A stretch of DNA of 20,000 nucleotides, from IMG/VR virus record IMGVR_UViG_3300026321_000001; one strand, given 5' to 3'. This document shows, in pieces, positions 5,938-15,806 of this stretch (position 1 is the stretch's first letter; each line of letters opens with the position of its first letter). This DNA is from an uncultured virus (IMG/VR IMGVR_UViG_3300026321_000001). Its lineage: Duplodnaviria > Heunggongvirae > Uroviricota > Caudoviricetes. A program made the translations under genes and the position numbers. The notes beneath the pieces were generated by a model that ran no database searches, was not told where the DNA came from, and worked only from the letters and a program-made list of their open reading frames with translations.

Positions 5938-6488
5938 CTCCAATCATTATATTGTGGGTTGCTACTTGTGTGGTAATGCAACCCATCGAATAAGACGAAC
6001 CTACCCTGTCTAGGTTCAACCTTTTGTTTAAGTTCTAATTTTTGTTTGTGACCATCATACTTCTGCTTAAAGAAGATAGTAGGACCATCAGAGTCATTCA
6101 CATAGTAAATGATAGTCCAGTGTGGTTGGTCAAAGTCAACGTGTGGAGTATGGTATAGATGTTTTGTCTCCCTTCTAGGTAAAAGATTAATCTTTATCCT
6201 TCTGAAAGAATCAAACTCTGGCATCTCTGTGTTAGATACTATCCATTTCCATACAGGTTCACACACCTTCTCGTAAGCATCAGGAGATACTATCTCTCCT
6301 AGGGTATTAATACAAGTGTGTAGGAACTGAGGATCTTCACCACTAACCTCATCAGGTATGGACGTAGCGAAGTTTGTATCATATGAAGTGGTCTCAGTAT
6401 TAATATACCAAGGCCAATATGAGTTGTGTAATAGTCTTGCTTTACACGGTTCACTAATAGACTTAGGAACCTCACCTATGTACATCAT
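5880..6488 (-). CDS. 2OG-Fe(II) oxygenase superfamily protein
   Basis: PHVD...TIIYYVNDSDGPTIFF...FDGLHYHTS...RCVINFN gives the HxD...H triad and the 2OG-binding Arg. Start is probably the ATGATG at 6488/6485. Confidence 0.85.
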   Translation of the reverse strand: MMYIGEVPKSISEPCKARLLHNSYWPWYINTETTSYDTNFATSIPDEVSGEDPQFLHTCINTLGEIVSPDAYEKVCEPVWKWIVSNTEMPEFDSFRRIKINLLPRRETKHLYHTPHVDFDQPHWTIIYYVNDSDGPTIFFKQKYDGHKQKLELKQKVEPRQGRFVLFDGLHYHTSSNPQYNDWRCVINFNFISVSSENLNEN

Positions 6489-6781
6489 CCGTCCACTCCT
6501 CCATCTCTTATCCATCTAGGTAGATAAAATATTAACCAAGCAAGTGTCCAGAAAGTTACTAATACTAAGACGTGTAATAATCTATGGTCATTGACTATCA
6601 ACCCACAAGTTACAAGTCCCATCCAAAGATAGTCTAAGGTACCGTGAAATCTATACCATACTTTGTCACCAAACTTATGAATAAGTTTATCTCTTTGTCT
6701 TGCGAACCACGGTGACACGTGCCTCATCATAACGAAACCTTCATTAAAAAACATAACGAAGAATCCAATCCAAAAAATCAT
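6485..6781 (-). CDS. Hypothetical membrane protein (about 3 TM)
   Basis: Hydrophobic 98-aa ORF overlapping the nrdB stop. Confidence 0.75.
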   Translation of the reverse strand: MIFWIGFFVMFFNEGFVMMRHVSPWFARQRDKLIHKFGDKVWYRFHGTLDYLWMGLVTCGLIVNDHRLLHVLVLVTFWTLAWLIFYLPRWIRDGGVDG

Positions 6782-7953
6782 AATTTAAATCCAGCGAAGG
6801 TGTCCTTCTTAACGTCTTGTTTGATACCACCGACAACATAAGATTCAATCTCTGTTTCTTGTGGTGCATTCTGTTGACCCTTAGAGTTCAACCAATGCTC
6901 AGTCCAAGGTAAGGGATTGTTACGTGCAGGTACATCGTATATAGGTTTTAAACCTACTGATTTCATCCTGCGATTTGCAATCCATTCAACATACTGACTG
7001 AGTAGTTTGTCATTTAATCCTATCATACTACCACCTTCAAACAAATACTCTGCCCATTCCTTCTCTTCTTGCACAGCATTCTTAAACATCTCTACTACAT
7101 TGTCCTGTTCTTCCTCAATAACCTCCTGCATCACAGGATCATCACCATTTTGCCAGTTTTTTATGATATTCTGAGTGAGCACAAGGTGTTGTGACTCATC
7201 TCGTGCAATTAAACTAATGATTTTTGCACTTCCCTCCATATATTTCAACTCACCAAAGGCAAAACTACAAGCAAACGATACATAAAATCTAATACCCTCA
7301 AGTATATTAACATTCATCACTGCACGGTATAGCATTCGTTTAAGATCTTTCTTCTGCCAGATAGCAGATGGAGAACCAATAGAGGATTCCTGCCACATAC
7401 ATCCACTACCCCACTCATTAGCACGTTCGATGAACTCATCGTATGCTTTGGTAACAGACTTAGCACGTGCGATAATCCTTTCGTCTTGAAGAATAGTATC
7501 AAAGACCTCAGATGGATCTGGATATATGTTCTTAATAATGTACGTGTAAGATCTACTATGGATCATCTCCATAAATTCCCAGACTTTCATCGCACCTTCT
7601 AACTCAGGAAGAGCTACGTAAGGTGCGAATGCCATACCAGGTCCACGTCCTTGAACTGAGTCAAGTAGTATCTGATACTTTAAATTGCTTGTGAATATGT
7701 GTTTCTGTGCTTTAGTTAAAGTACTGTAGTCTGCTCGGTCTTTCTGTAATGAAACCTCTTCAGGTCTCCAGAAGTATCCTAACATCTGTGTTGTTAACTT
7801 ATCAAAGATAGGATATTTAAAACCATCATACCTCTGGACTCCCAGAGGTTTACCAAAAAACATTGGTTGCTTCTTATGATCGTGCTGTTCACGATTGAAA
7901 ACGGTAACGCCTTGAACGTTAGACCTTGCAACTGTCACAGTCTTCCTCCGCAT
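6778..7953 (-). CDS. nrdB: Ribonucleotide reductase class Ia beta subunit
   Basis: FWRPEE, LLDSVQGR, EMIHSRSY (radical Tyr), LEGIRFYVSF, RDESQH, APQETE. The true start may be GTG 7935. Confidence 0.97.
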   Translation of the reverse strand: MRRKTVTVARSNVQGVTVFNREQHDHKKQPMFFGKPLGVQRYDGFKYPIFDKLTTQMLGYFWRPEEVSLQKDRADYSTLTKAQKHIFTSNLKYQILLDSVQGRGPGMAFAPYVALPELEGAMKVWEFMEMIHSRSYTYIIKNIYPDPSEVFDTILQDERIIARAKSVTKAYDEFIERANEWGSGCMWQESSIGSPSAIWQKKDLKRMLYRAVMNVNILEGIRFYVSFACSFAFGELKYMEGSAKIISLIARDESQHLVLTQNIIKNWQNGDDPVMQEVIEEEQDNVVEMFKNAVQEEKEWAEYLFEGGSMIGLNDKLLSQYVEWIANRRMKSVGLKPIYDVPARNNPLPWTEHWLNSKGQQNAPQETEIESYVVGGIKQDVKKDTFAGFKL

Positions 7954-10258
7954 ATGCTAGTTCATTAATCAGTTCGTCGAGGGATTGCTCCTTCTCAGGT
8001 AGATCATCCTTCCATCCTATTGGATGTGCTGGTTCATCTACATCCTTCTTAGCATCATATGTATTCTGATAGTAAGAAGTCTTCCACCCATACTTGTATG
8101 TTGTTAGGAAATCGTTTGCCATTACTGAGGTTGGTACCTCATTATCTGGGTAGTTCTCTGGATTATACGACCAGTTACCACTGATCGCTTGGTCAAAGAA
8201 CTTCTGCATCACTGCGACTATCTTTATGTATCCTTCATTAGATTCCATATCCCATAGCAGTGTGTACTTATTCTTTAGGTTGGGAAACCCAGGAACAATC
8301 TGCTTAAGGGGTCCTTTCTTTGATTTTTTAACGGACAGGTAGTCTCTAGGTGGTTCGATTCCATTGGTTGCGTTTGACACAATGGAACTGCTCTCCGAAG
8401 GCATTTGTGCGGACAGTGTTGAGTGCCTAAGACCGTAGGTTGCGATATCATTCCGTAAGCTATCCCAATCATAATTATAAGACGGTTCGGTAATCTCGTC
8501 TACCTCCTGCTTATATGTATCAATTGGAAGCGTACCGTCTGCATATTTAGTACGATCAAAACCATCACATTTACCTTTCTCTTGTGCTATTTGATTGCTA
8601 GACTTGAGTAGATTGTATTGGAATGATTCTGTCAACTGATGAACCAAATCATATGCTTCCTGATCATTATACTTCACACCATTCTTTGCTAGGTAGTGTG
8701 CTAATCCTATGAATCCTATGCCTAGAGACCGCCTGTATAATGTGCTACGTCTCGCAGCAGCAACAGGGTAATTCTGATAGTCTATAAGTTCTTCTAGACC
8801 CCTTACAGAAAGGTCACAGAGTTCTTCCATCTCATCTAGGTTACGTATCTTACCTACATTAATAGCAGATAGAATACAAAGAGCAATCTCTCCATCAGCA
8901 TCATCAATATGCTGAATAGGATCTGTAGGTAGAGTGATCTCCTGACAGAGATTACTCATATAAACTTTATCCTTAAAGGATGAGTGACTATTACAGTGAT
9001 CGATATTCATAATGTATATCCGACCAGTCTCTGCTCTCTCCTTAAGGAGATCAAGTATTAATTCTTGTGCCCTGACAGTCTTCCTAGGAACTGTTTCATC
9101 CTGTTCATATCGTTCATATAATTCATTAAAACTATCAGTCCCAAAAGATTCATACAAACCTGGAACGGTGTTAGGACTGAAGAGAGATATCTCTCCATCC
9201 TCAATGAACCTCTTGTAGAAGATTTGGCTAGTTTGGATACTGTAGTCGAGCTTTCTAACCCTATTGTCTTCCGTACCCTTATTATTTTTAAGTACAAGGA
9301 TGTCCTCTATTTCTTGGTGCCAGATGGGGAAGTGGACTGTTGCTGATCCACCTCTGATCCCATTTTGTGTACAACATCTAACAGTTGACTCAAACTTCTT
9401 GAGAAACGGGACGACACCCGTGTGCTGAACTTCTCCACCTCTGATTTTAGAGTTGATTCCTCTGATTCTACCAGCGTTAATACCGATACCAGCCCTCTGT
9501 GCGACGTATTTGCCAATAGCCATATCAGAGCTAAAGATACTATCGAGGGTGTCATCAGTATCAACCAGAACACAAGATGCAAATTGACGAATGGGTGTTC
9601 TGACCCCTGCAAGAACGGGCGTTGGGATGTTGATTTTTCCTTTGGAGGTTGCTGTGTAGTAGCGTCTGACATAATCGAGTCTCTTTTGTGGATCATAATT
9701 CTGGAAGAGCGTTGCTGCAACCATTATGTACATATATTGCGGAGTCTCATAGAGAGTCCCAGTTGATCTATCCTGTACTAGATACTTATCAACGATCTGC
9801 CTGAGTCCAGCGAATGTAAAACCATAGTCTCTATCGTGATCGATATAAGAATTAAGTAGGTTCCACTCACCTTCACTGTACTTATCTAGGATGCCAGCAT
9901 CATATACTCCATCCTCTACACACTTCTCTACGTGGTCCTTAAGGTGTGTATACCCTGTCTCATCTGCCCAACCAGGGAAGACCTGTCTACGTATATTAAA
10001 CAACAACAAACGTGCTGCTACGTACTGATAGTTAGGTGCTTCAGGACTGATGAGATCACTCGCTGACCTGATTAGTATCTCCTGTATCTCAGAGGATTTA
10101 ATTCCATCAAAGAACTGAAGATTAGCATTCATTTCTATTTGACTAGCGGACACACCTGCTAGTTCTTCACACGAAAATTCACACATCCTGTGAATCTTTT
10201 CAAGAGTAAGCGGTTCAGTAGCACCGTCTCTCTTAATTACTTTCATTCCCCCGTTCAT
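7919..10258 (-). CDS. nrdA: Ribonucleotide reductase class Ia alpha subunit
   Basis: ATP cone VIKRDG, QFASCVL, CCTQNGIRGG, SNLCQEI, KTSYY and C-terminal CDSC. No intein or intron is evident. Confidence 0.98.
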   Translation of the reverse strand: MNGGMKVIKRDGATEPLTLEKIHRMCEFSCEELAGVSASQIEMNANLQFFDGIKSSEIQEILIRSASDLISPEAPNYQYVAARLLLFNIRRQVFPGWADETGYTHLKDHVEKCVEDGVYDAGILDKYSEGEWNLLNSYIDHDRDYGFTFAGLRQIVDKYLVQDRSTGTLYETPQYMYIMVAATLFQNYDPQKRLDYVRRYYTATSKGKINIPTPVLAGVRTPIRQFASCVLVDTDDTLDSIFSSDMAIGKYVAQRAGIGINAGRIRGINSKIRGGEVQHTGVVPFLKKFESTVRCCTQNGIRGGSATVHFPIWHQEIEDILVLKNNKGTEDNRVRKLDYSIQTSQIFYKRFIEDGEISLFSPNTVPGLYESFGTDSFNELYERYEQDETVPRKTVRAQELILDLLKERAETGRIYIMNIDHCNSHSSFKDKVYMSNLCQEITLPTDPIQHIDDADGEIALCILSAINVGKIRNLDEMEELCDLSVRGLEELIDYQNYPVAAARRSTLYRRSLGIGFIGLAHYLAKNGVKYNDQEAYDLVHQLTESFQYNLLKSSNQIAQEKGKCDGFDRTKYADGTLPIDTYKQEVDEITEPSYNYDWDSLRNDIATYGLRHSTLSAQMPSESSSIVSNATNGIEPPRDYLSVKKSKKGPLKQIVPGFPNLKNKYTLLWDMESNEGYIKIVAVMQKFFDQAISGNWSYNPENYPDNEVPTSVMANDFLTTYKYGWKTSYYQNTYDAKKDVDEPAHPIGWKDDLPEKEQSLDELINELAYAEEDCDSCKV

Positions 10259-11247
10259 ACTTTTTTCCAGTGAGATAGTTTGAGTTTGGCTTGTAGACCT
10301 TGGTATGTATTTGATTCTACCAAGGAAGCAGGATTATGTCCAGCAAGGACCATATCGTTGATGTCCTTTTCAACAATACCATCTGGCCAGATGACTACTT
10401 TGTCACCTCTGTCGATGGCTGCTGTGATTCTATCGACGATTTGTTTGTTACGAGGTTCGTTATCATAAACCCAAATATAATTGCTCCAACCAAGCGACCG
10501 AATATTAACATCAGACCCAGCCATCGCAACGGCATTGCCCAAGAAGAGCGAGTCGATTGGTCCTTCGACGATGAAGATTGGTTGGTCATAATGAATGCGG
10601 TCGAGACCGAAGAGTTTGGGTTTAGACTCATCAAAGATGATTGTAATATATCGCAGTTTCGATTTGGGAGATAAAGACCTTCCTTGTAATCCGAACATCT
10701 TACCATCCTCATCTTTCAGAGGAATAATTATTCGGGGTTGATCATTATTCAGACTATCGAAGGTCTGTTTCCTTTCGTTTACAAACCGTTTGAATTTGTC
10801 AGCATAGAATAAATGATCTAATTTTTCCTGTGGAATTTTACGTTTCTCAAGATAAGAACGTGCTGGATGTTCTCTATTTAGAGATGCAATACTTGGGAGG
10901 TTGATACTTGGTTTAAACTTTGGTTTAGTTGTCTTAATAATTGGGTTCGGTGCTCTCCTATGCTTACCTGTTAGACCCTCTTTATATCTTTCCAGCACAA
11001 ATTCATCATAGATGTCACGTGCGTGGTCCTTGAGGAAGTTTCCTAACGTCCTACCAACTCCACAGTTGTGACACTTATAGATGAGATCATTTTGTTTCAG
11101 AAAAAAATACCCCCGTGCCTTACTCTTGTGCTTCTCTGAGTCACCACAGTAAGGACAACGGAAGTTGTATAGTCCTGATTTCTTTTCTTTGAATTTATCA
11201 AGTCGTCCACCTACAAGGCGAGCATACTTGATATCGATGTAACTCAC
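10255..11247 (-). CDS. gp61: T4-like DNA primase
   Basis: Zn finger RCPYCGDS...CHNC and TOPRIM motifs EGPIDSLF, YDNEPRN, KDINDM. Confidence 0.96.
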   Translation of the reverse strand: MSYIDIKYARLVGGRLDKFKEKKSGLYNFRCPYCGDSEKHKSKARGYFFLKQNDLIYKCHNCGVGRTLGNFLKDHARDIYDEFVLERYKEGLTGKHRRAPNPIIKTTKPKFKPSINLPSIASLNREHPARSYLEKRKIPQEKLDHLFYADKFKRFVNERKQTFDSLNNDQPRIIIPLKDEDGKMFGLQGRSLSPKSKLRYITIIFDESKPKLFGLDRIHYDQPIFIVEGPIDSLFLGNAVAMAGSDVNIRSLGWSNYIWVYDNEPRNKQIVDRITAAIDRGDKVVIWPDGIVEKDINDMVLAGHNPASLVESNTYQGLQAKLKLSHWKKV

Positions 11248-11636
11248 ACAATCATATCAGATGCTATTACTATAGGTGCTGGTCCTGAATCTGTCAAGAG
11301 TGGACGGATTATTTTCTGTCCGACTGGACTAACGATGAAAGATATAATAGCAAGACCACCAAAAATAGACCACATTTTCTTCTCCATAATCTGAAGACGG
11401 TCATCAACTTTTCTAATGTCTCTTTCACAGCCTGCTTTTATAAGGTTTGCTTCACGGTCAAGGGCACGATGCATCGATGCTATCTTTTCAAATAGAACCT
11501 CATCAACCTTGTCCTGTTTATCTAGCTTCTCATTATGGACGGCAAGAAGTTGCCCCATCTTCATAGAGTTATCTTGGAGAGTGGTAACTACACGTTCCAG
11601 TCTCTCTATAATTGCGGTGTTTATATCGTCAGCCAT
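11244..11636 (-). CDS. Coiled-coil protein with a C-terminal TM helix
   Basis: MADDINTAIIERLE... followed by WSIFGGLAIISFIV. ATG 11636 is coupled to the upstream stop (TAATG). Confidence 0.75.
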   Translation of the reverse strand: MADDINTAIIERLERVVTTLQDNSMKMGQLLAVHNEKLDKQDKVDEVLFEKIASMHRALDREANLIKAGCERDIRKVDDRLQIMEKKMWSIFGGLAIISFIVSPVGQKIIRPLLTDSGPAPIVIASDMIV

Positions 11637-12667
11637 TACATTGCCTGTTGTCTTTTCTGCCAATAAAATTTCAAGACATCAGGTGGATACACCCTTGTGA
11701 TGGTTAAATGATTTAATTTTTCTGGTCTGTATATCTTTCTTAGTTCAATCTTAACGTCTGCTGGAGACTTACCATAGTATATAAACTCCATACATCCAGG
11801 ACAGGTAGGACTATCACACCTGACTTTGAATGGTAAGTAACGTGGGTTCCCAGATGATGCAGCATCGTCTGGTTGTCTTCCTTCAGATACTTTCTTCTTT
11901 AATGATACAAAGGTACCTATCTTCTTAACAGACTTGTGATCAGTCGTTCTTGCTGCATCTGCTGGAGACTTTCTTCTGTACTCTATCGCAGCAGGTTTTT
12001 GACCAGACTTAGATTTCCTATTAGCACCGTGTGCTCCTCTGAACCCACCAACAGATTGTATTGATTTCTTTTCTGCTGACTTATTAACATCCTTAAGTTT
12101 CTCTTGTGGACCCATTGTCCATCTTCTTTTCTTACCTCTCTTTGCTGTTCTAAAAACCTCTTCAATATTCTCCTCTTTAACTCCTTTGACTCTGGAGTCA
12201 ACAAAGTTAACACCATCCTTAGACTTTTTTGTGCAATACCTTCGACCTTTCTTACAACCTTTACCTCTAGGTTGCTTTTGTGTACCACCTAACGGTTGAT
12301 CCAATCCTGCAACTGGACCTTGAGCATCTGCTTCACCAGAAAGACCAGCAGCCTCACCAGTAGAACCTGTACTCATAGTAGGAGCATCTTCAGGAATATA
12401 TTCTTGTGCAAGCATACCATATGGTACTGCCCTACCTTCGGATTCCCTCTTCTTCTTACGTGCCTTCTTGTCACGTTCGAGTCCTTTCTTTAGAGCCTTA
12501 ACAACTCCCTCATCAATACCTTCCTTTACTTTTTCAGGAAGACCTTTATGTTTTGTACCAGCAAACTCACGTGCAACCTTTCTACTAACACCTTCCTTCT
12601 CCCTCTCATCTTTATTAGATAAAAGGTAACCAAAGTATCTTTGTTGTGCTTTAGACTTGGCTGGCAT
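11636..12667 (-). CDS. Basic modular protein with an N-terminal DUF3008-like domain; putative internal virion protein
   Basis: MPAKSKAQQR...FAGTKHKGLPEK (DUF3008-like), followed by Lys-rich modules separated by hydrophobic-X-E sites. Confidence 0.7.
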   Translation of the reverse strand: MPAKSKAQQRYFGYLLSNKDEREKEGVSRKVAREFAGTKHKGLPEKVKEGIDEGVVKALKKGLERDKKARKKKRESEGRAVPYGMLAQEYIPEDAPTMSTGSTGEAAGLSGEADAQGPVAGLDQPLGGTQKQPRGKGCKKGRRYCTKKSKDGVNFVDSRVKGVKEENIEEVFRTAKRGKKRRWTMGPQEKLKDVNKSAEKKSIQSVGGFRGAHGANRKSKSGQKPAAIEYRRKSPADAARTTDHKSVKKIGTFVSLKKKVSEGRQPDDAASSGNPRYLPFKVRCDSPTCPGCMEFIYYGKSPADVKIELRKIYRPEKLNHLTITRVYPPDVLKFYWQKRQQAM

Positions 12668-12669
12668 TA

Positions 12670-13041
12670 TCAGAGTTCCGATAACTGTTTACTCACTTGT
12701 ACATCAATCTCAACATAATCTAAGGTTCCACAACCTGCCTCTGGATACCTGTTGAGGTATACAAGATAGGTCTTTAGTATATCCCAGTACTGTTTCTCTA
12801 ATTTATAAACAAGCAGCGGGATAGCTGCCTCACCGAATACATTGAACAGTACTATAAGATGATTCAATATCAAATGATTACGCAACGTCCCAGTCTTAAC
12901 ATATCTTCCAAAGAGTCTCTTGAGGTACTTAAACCTCATCATATCCTCTAGGAAATCATCATAAGTCACAGACTGGGGGTTATCGTAATGCTTCATTGCG
13001 AAGAACAAGAAGTTCTCCGCATTGAGATTACTAAAATTCAT
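12670..13041 (-). CDS. Conserved T4-like hypothetical protein
   Basis: FAMKHYDNP...RFKYLKRLF...LILNHLIVLFNVFG, a pattern I recall from T4-like phages. Confidence 0.8.
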   Translation of the reverse strand: MNFSNLNAENFLFFAMKHYDNPQSVTYDDFLEDMMRFKYLKRLFGRYVKTGTLRNHLILNHLIVLFNVFGEAAIPLLVYKLEKQYWDILKTYLVYLNRYPEAGCGTLDYVEIDVQVSKQLSEL

Positions 13042-13057
13042 ACCAAGTTAGTTGTAG

Positions 13058-13888
13058 TTAGCTACCAAACGTTAGTGTAGCGGCTCCATTGGTTCTCTTA
13101 GTTACAGCACCCTTACTGGTGTTAAACACACAGCGATACTTGTAACCGTCTAGTGCATCACTAGCAAGTGCACTGTATGCCAGTGTTGCTGTAGTGAAGT
13201 CTGCATATGTAATACCAGTGTCTAATCCACCAGCACCACCAACGATATCTACCCAACGAGTAGTAGCGTTTGCAGTCTGTCTCTGCCACTTGTATGTGAT
13301 AGTACCTGACTGATCTCTTGTTGCAGCAGCAACGAATGTTCCAGCTCCACTAGAAGAAGTAGAGTTTGCAGGTTGTGTACCAACGGTAATAGTTTCAAGT
13401 ACGTCAGCAGCGATTGTATCATCTGAGTAATCACCACTGGTTCCAGCAGCAACTTTCAAAGGTACTAAACATTCTGCTTTGTGCTTGGTGTCTCCATTGG
13501 CTGAGACAAATGAGCGATAAAGCCACCAACCAGGTCCTGAGATACCACGGGTCTTGTTAGATGCAATACTGTCTTCAGTTGTGTCACAGAAGACTAGTGA
13601 ATAGCTGTTGCTATCACCGCCCTTAACCACATACTCAGCAACTGCCTTGGGAGGCGTACGACGAATTGCACCTGAGAGATTTCCATTGGTTGAACCTGCA
13701 TATACTTTATGCAATTCAATTGCGGTAGTACTTGTAACTTCTCTAACGAGATAGTTAACACCACCTAGATCCAATAGATCTCCAACGACCACGGTATCCG
13801 CAGCGTTCTTAGTAACTGTTGCATCGTTTTGTGTTACGGCAACGTTATTACCAAAGGTTGCAGCATCGATTTTTCCGTGAACTGCCAT
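13058..13888 (-). CDS. Virion structural protein with a C-terminal Ig-like domain
   Basis: Thr/Gly/Ala-rich beta protein; TQPAN...TYKWQ...DGYKYRCV...ATLT Ig-like pattern; perfect late promoter upstream. Confidence 0.75.
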   Translation of the reverse strand: MAVHGKIDAATFGNNVAVTQNDATVTKNAADTVVVGDLLDLGGVNYLVREVTSTTAIELHKVYAGSTNGNLSGAIRRTPPKAVAEYVVKGGDSNSYSLVFCDTTEDSIASNKTRGISGPGWWLYRSFVSANGDTKHKAECLVPLKVAAGTSGDYSDDTIAADVLETITVGTQPANSTSSSGAGTFVAAATRDQSGTITYKWQRQTANATTRWVDIVGGAGGLDTGITYADFTTATLAYSALASDALDGYKYRCVFNTSKGAVTKRTNGAATLTFGS

Positions 13889-13923
13889 TGTTTTGTTCTC
13901 CAGGATTAATTTCTTTCTAAGTT

Positions 13924-13931
13924 TATTTATA
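13924..13931 (-). promoter_or_regulatory. T4 late promoter TATAAATA
   Basis: Perfect intergenic consensus, with a GGAG SD just before ATG 13888. Confidence 0.8.
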
Positions 13932-13935
13932 TGGA

Positions 13936-14124
13936 CTACGATTCGAGCAGTGCTTTCTGAAGCGCAACCACAAGTTCGTCATCCACTTTGTTTCCAGTCT
14001 TAGCTGCTGCTTTCTTGAGCAACTTAATGACAAAATCTTTGATAACAGAGTCAAGATCTTCAGGTATTCTATCAACAGCCTTATTGATTATGCTGATAGC
14101 AACGGGCATTAAAAAGTTAATCAT
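13936..14124 (-). CDS. Small amphipathic protein with a TxNxVDD motif
   Basis: 62-aa ORF containing LLKKAAAKTGNKVDDELV. Confidence 0.75.
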   Translation of the reverse strand: MINFLMPVAISIINKAVDRIPEDLDSVIKDFVIKLLKKAAAKTGNKVDDELVVALQKALLES

Positions 14125-14157
14125 AACATTAGGGTAACTAGTTACCTTTATATAGCA

Positions 14158-14451
14158 TCAATCGGGAGTAAATTTCCCATTCTTAACGTAACCCCACTTA
14201 CCACCTGAAACAGCCTTGACACCTTTCTTAGGATCTCTCCTAGCACTTGATGTCTTTTTCTTATCTAACTCACTCTTAAACTTCTTCCAATCTTTACCAA
14301 CCTTCTTCCCGTGAGTCATCCTAAGATTACGTTCAGTATTCTTATCCTCATTGTCCTGCATCTTCTTTTTCGCTTTGCTGTCGTTGAACTGCTGTAGTAC
14401 ACGTTCATCAAAGCGAGCCATTGGACCTAGATCATCGGGAAGGAAACTCAT
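14158..14451 (-). CDS. Small basic hypothetical protein
   Basis: 97-aa Lys-rich ORF overlapping the upstream stop. Confidence 0.75.
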   Translation of the reverse strand: MSFLPDDLGPMARFDERVLQQFNDSKAKKKMQDNEDKNTERNLRMTHGKKVGKDWKKFKSELDKKKTSSARRDPKKGVKAVSGGKWGYVKNGKFTPD

Positions 14452-15806
14452 TTTACTCTCTTACCTGCTACGTAACTACGCTTTGAGTGTAGCACAGCAT
14501 TCTCACCATATTTTTTCTTAAGGTCAGCTACAACATTGTCCACTGCCTTATCAGAGTTCTTTCTCTTGGTCATCTTATCATTACCTGAGTGCTTGCCACC
14601 ACCTGTAGAAGGTCTTGGTCTATCATATTCACCAGGTCTTGACCCATACTTCTCAAGGTGCTTGTCCTTGTAAGTATCATAGGCTTCTTCTTTAGCAACA
14701 GTTGCTTTACCACCTTTACTCTTAATACTGTCAGCAAACTTGTTAGCATCCTTCTCATCCTTATATGAGAACTGAGCTGGTCTACCTTTATCACCCTTGT
14801 CTCTAGCAAGAACTCTAAATGCTTCAAGATTAAATGATTCTGTCTCAACATACTGAGACTTATCACCTTTCTTCTTCTTGTAACCACGATCTGATCTATG
14901 GAGTGCTCTCCTTAGTTTACCGTGACCAGCAACGTTGTGACTGACACCAAACTTACGGATGTTTCTTGCCTTCTCCTTCTCTTCAGGAGTACCAGTGTCT
15001 ACCTTTGCTTCACCAACTACTGCCTTCTTTACTTTACCAGCAAACTTAACAGTGTCCTTAACACCAGACTTAACACCTTTAGCAAACTCTTTAGCACGCT
15101 TCTCAGGTACTTTACCCTTAGCACGTGTCTTCTTGTATGCTGCTTTAGCATCTCCTACTGCTTTCTGATGTCTCTCGACACCCTTCTTAACATAAGAGGA
15201 TACCTTATTAAGTAAACCTTTCTTCTCTGCTTTCTTAGCAGGTTGCTTCTTCTTAGCAACAGGTACTGACTTAGTAATCTTCTTAGATACTTCTGCCTTC
15301 TTCTTAGGTGATACTACCTTCTTCTTTACAACCTTCTTTACAGCAGGCTTCTTAGCAGCAGGTGTATCATCGTGAACAGTATTGTCTTCATCACCATACT
15401 TGTTCTTAGCAGCAGTGGTCTTAGCATACTCACCTTTACCTGCTTCCTTTCTTGCTTTGTCACCAGCATCAACCTTTGCCTTGACCTTCTCATATGAAGG
15501 GGCACTTGCTGCTGCTTTACGTGCAGATCTTTCTTCCATCAGAAGTTCTTCCTCTGGTGGATTGAGAACGAAGTCAACAAAATCTTCCAGACCAACCTCT
15601 TCTACAAGAAGATCAAGTCCTTCCTCATTGAGACCCATCTCATACAGATAGTCAGTAGCAACTTCTATTGCTGCTGCATCCCACTCTTCCTTCTTAGTCT
15701 TCTTCTTTTTAAGTTTAAGATCTTGAGTGCGATCAATGACTGCTTGTTTGAGTGCGTCAGACTGTTTCTGACTGACCATCTCATTGTACTGACTAAAACT
15801 TTTCAT
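14448..15806 (-). CDS. Lys-rich modular protein; putative internal head polyprotein
   Basis: N-terminus MKSFSQYNE resembles the T4 capsid-targeting sequence. An acidic segment is followed by basic modules delimited by Glu sites. Confidence 0.75.
   Translation of the reverse strand: MKSFSQYNEMVSQKQSDALKQAVIDRTQDLKLKKKKTKKEEWDAAAIEVATDYLYEMGLNEEGLDLLVEEVGLEDFVDFVLNPPEEELLMEERSARKAAASAPSYEKVKAKVDAGDKARKEAGKGEYAKTTAAKNKYGDEDNTVHDDTPAAKKPAVKKVVKKKVVSPKKKAEVSKKITKSVPVAKKKQPAKKAEKKGLLNKVSSYVKKGVERHQKAVGDAKAAYKKTRAKGKVPEKRAKEFAKGVKSGVKDTVKFAGKVKKAVVGEAKVDTGTPEEKEKARNIRKFGVSHNVAGHGKLRRALHRSDRGYKKKKGDKSQYVETESFNLEAFRVLARDKGDKGRPAQFSYKDEKDANKFADSIKSKGGKATVAKEEAYDTYKDKHLEKYGSRPGEYDRPRPSTGGGKHSGNDKMTKRKNSDKAVDNVVADLKKKYGENAVLHSKRSYVAGKRVK

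Noticed and set aside
6778..10258. Intron, intein or unusual metal class in nrdAB
   Set aside because: The frames are continuous and of normal length, with standard class Ia ligands and the radical Tyr.
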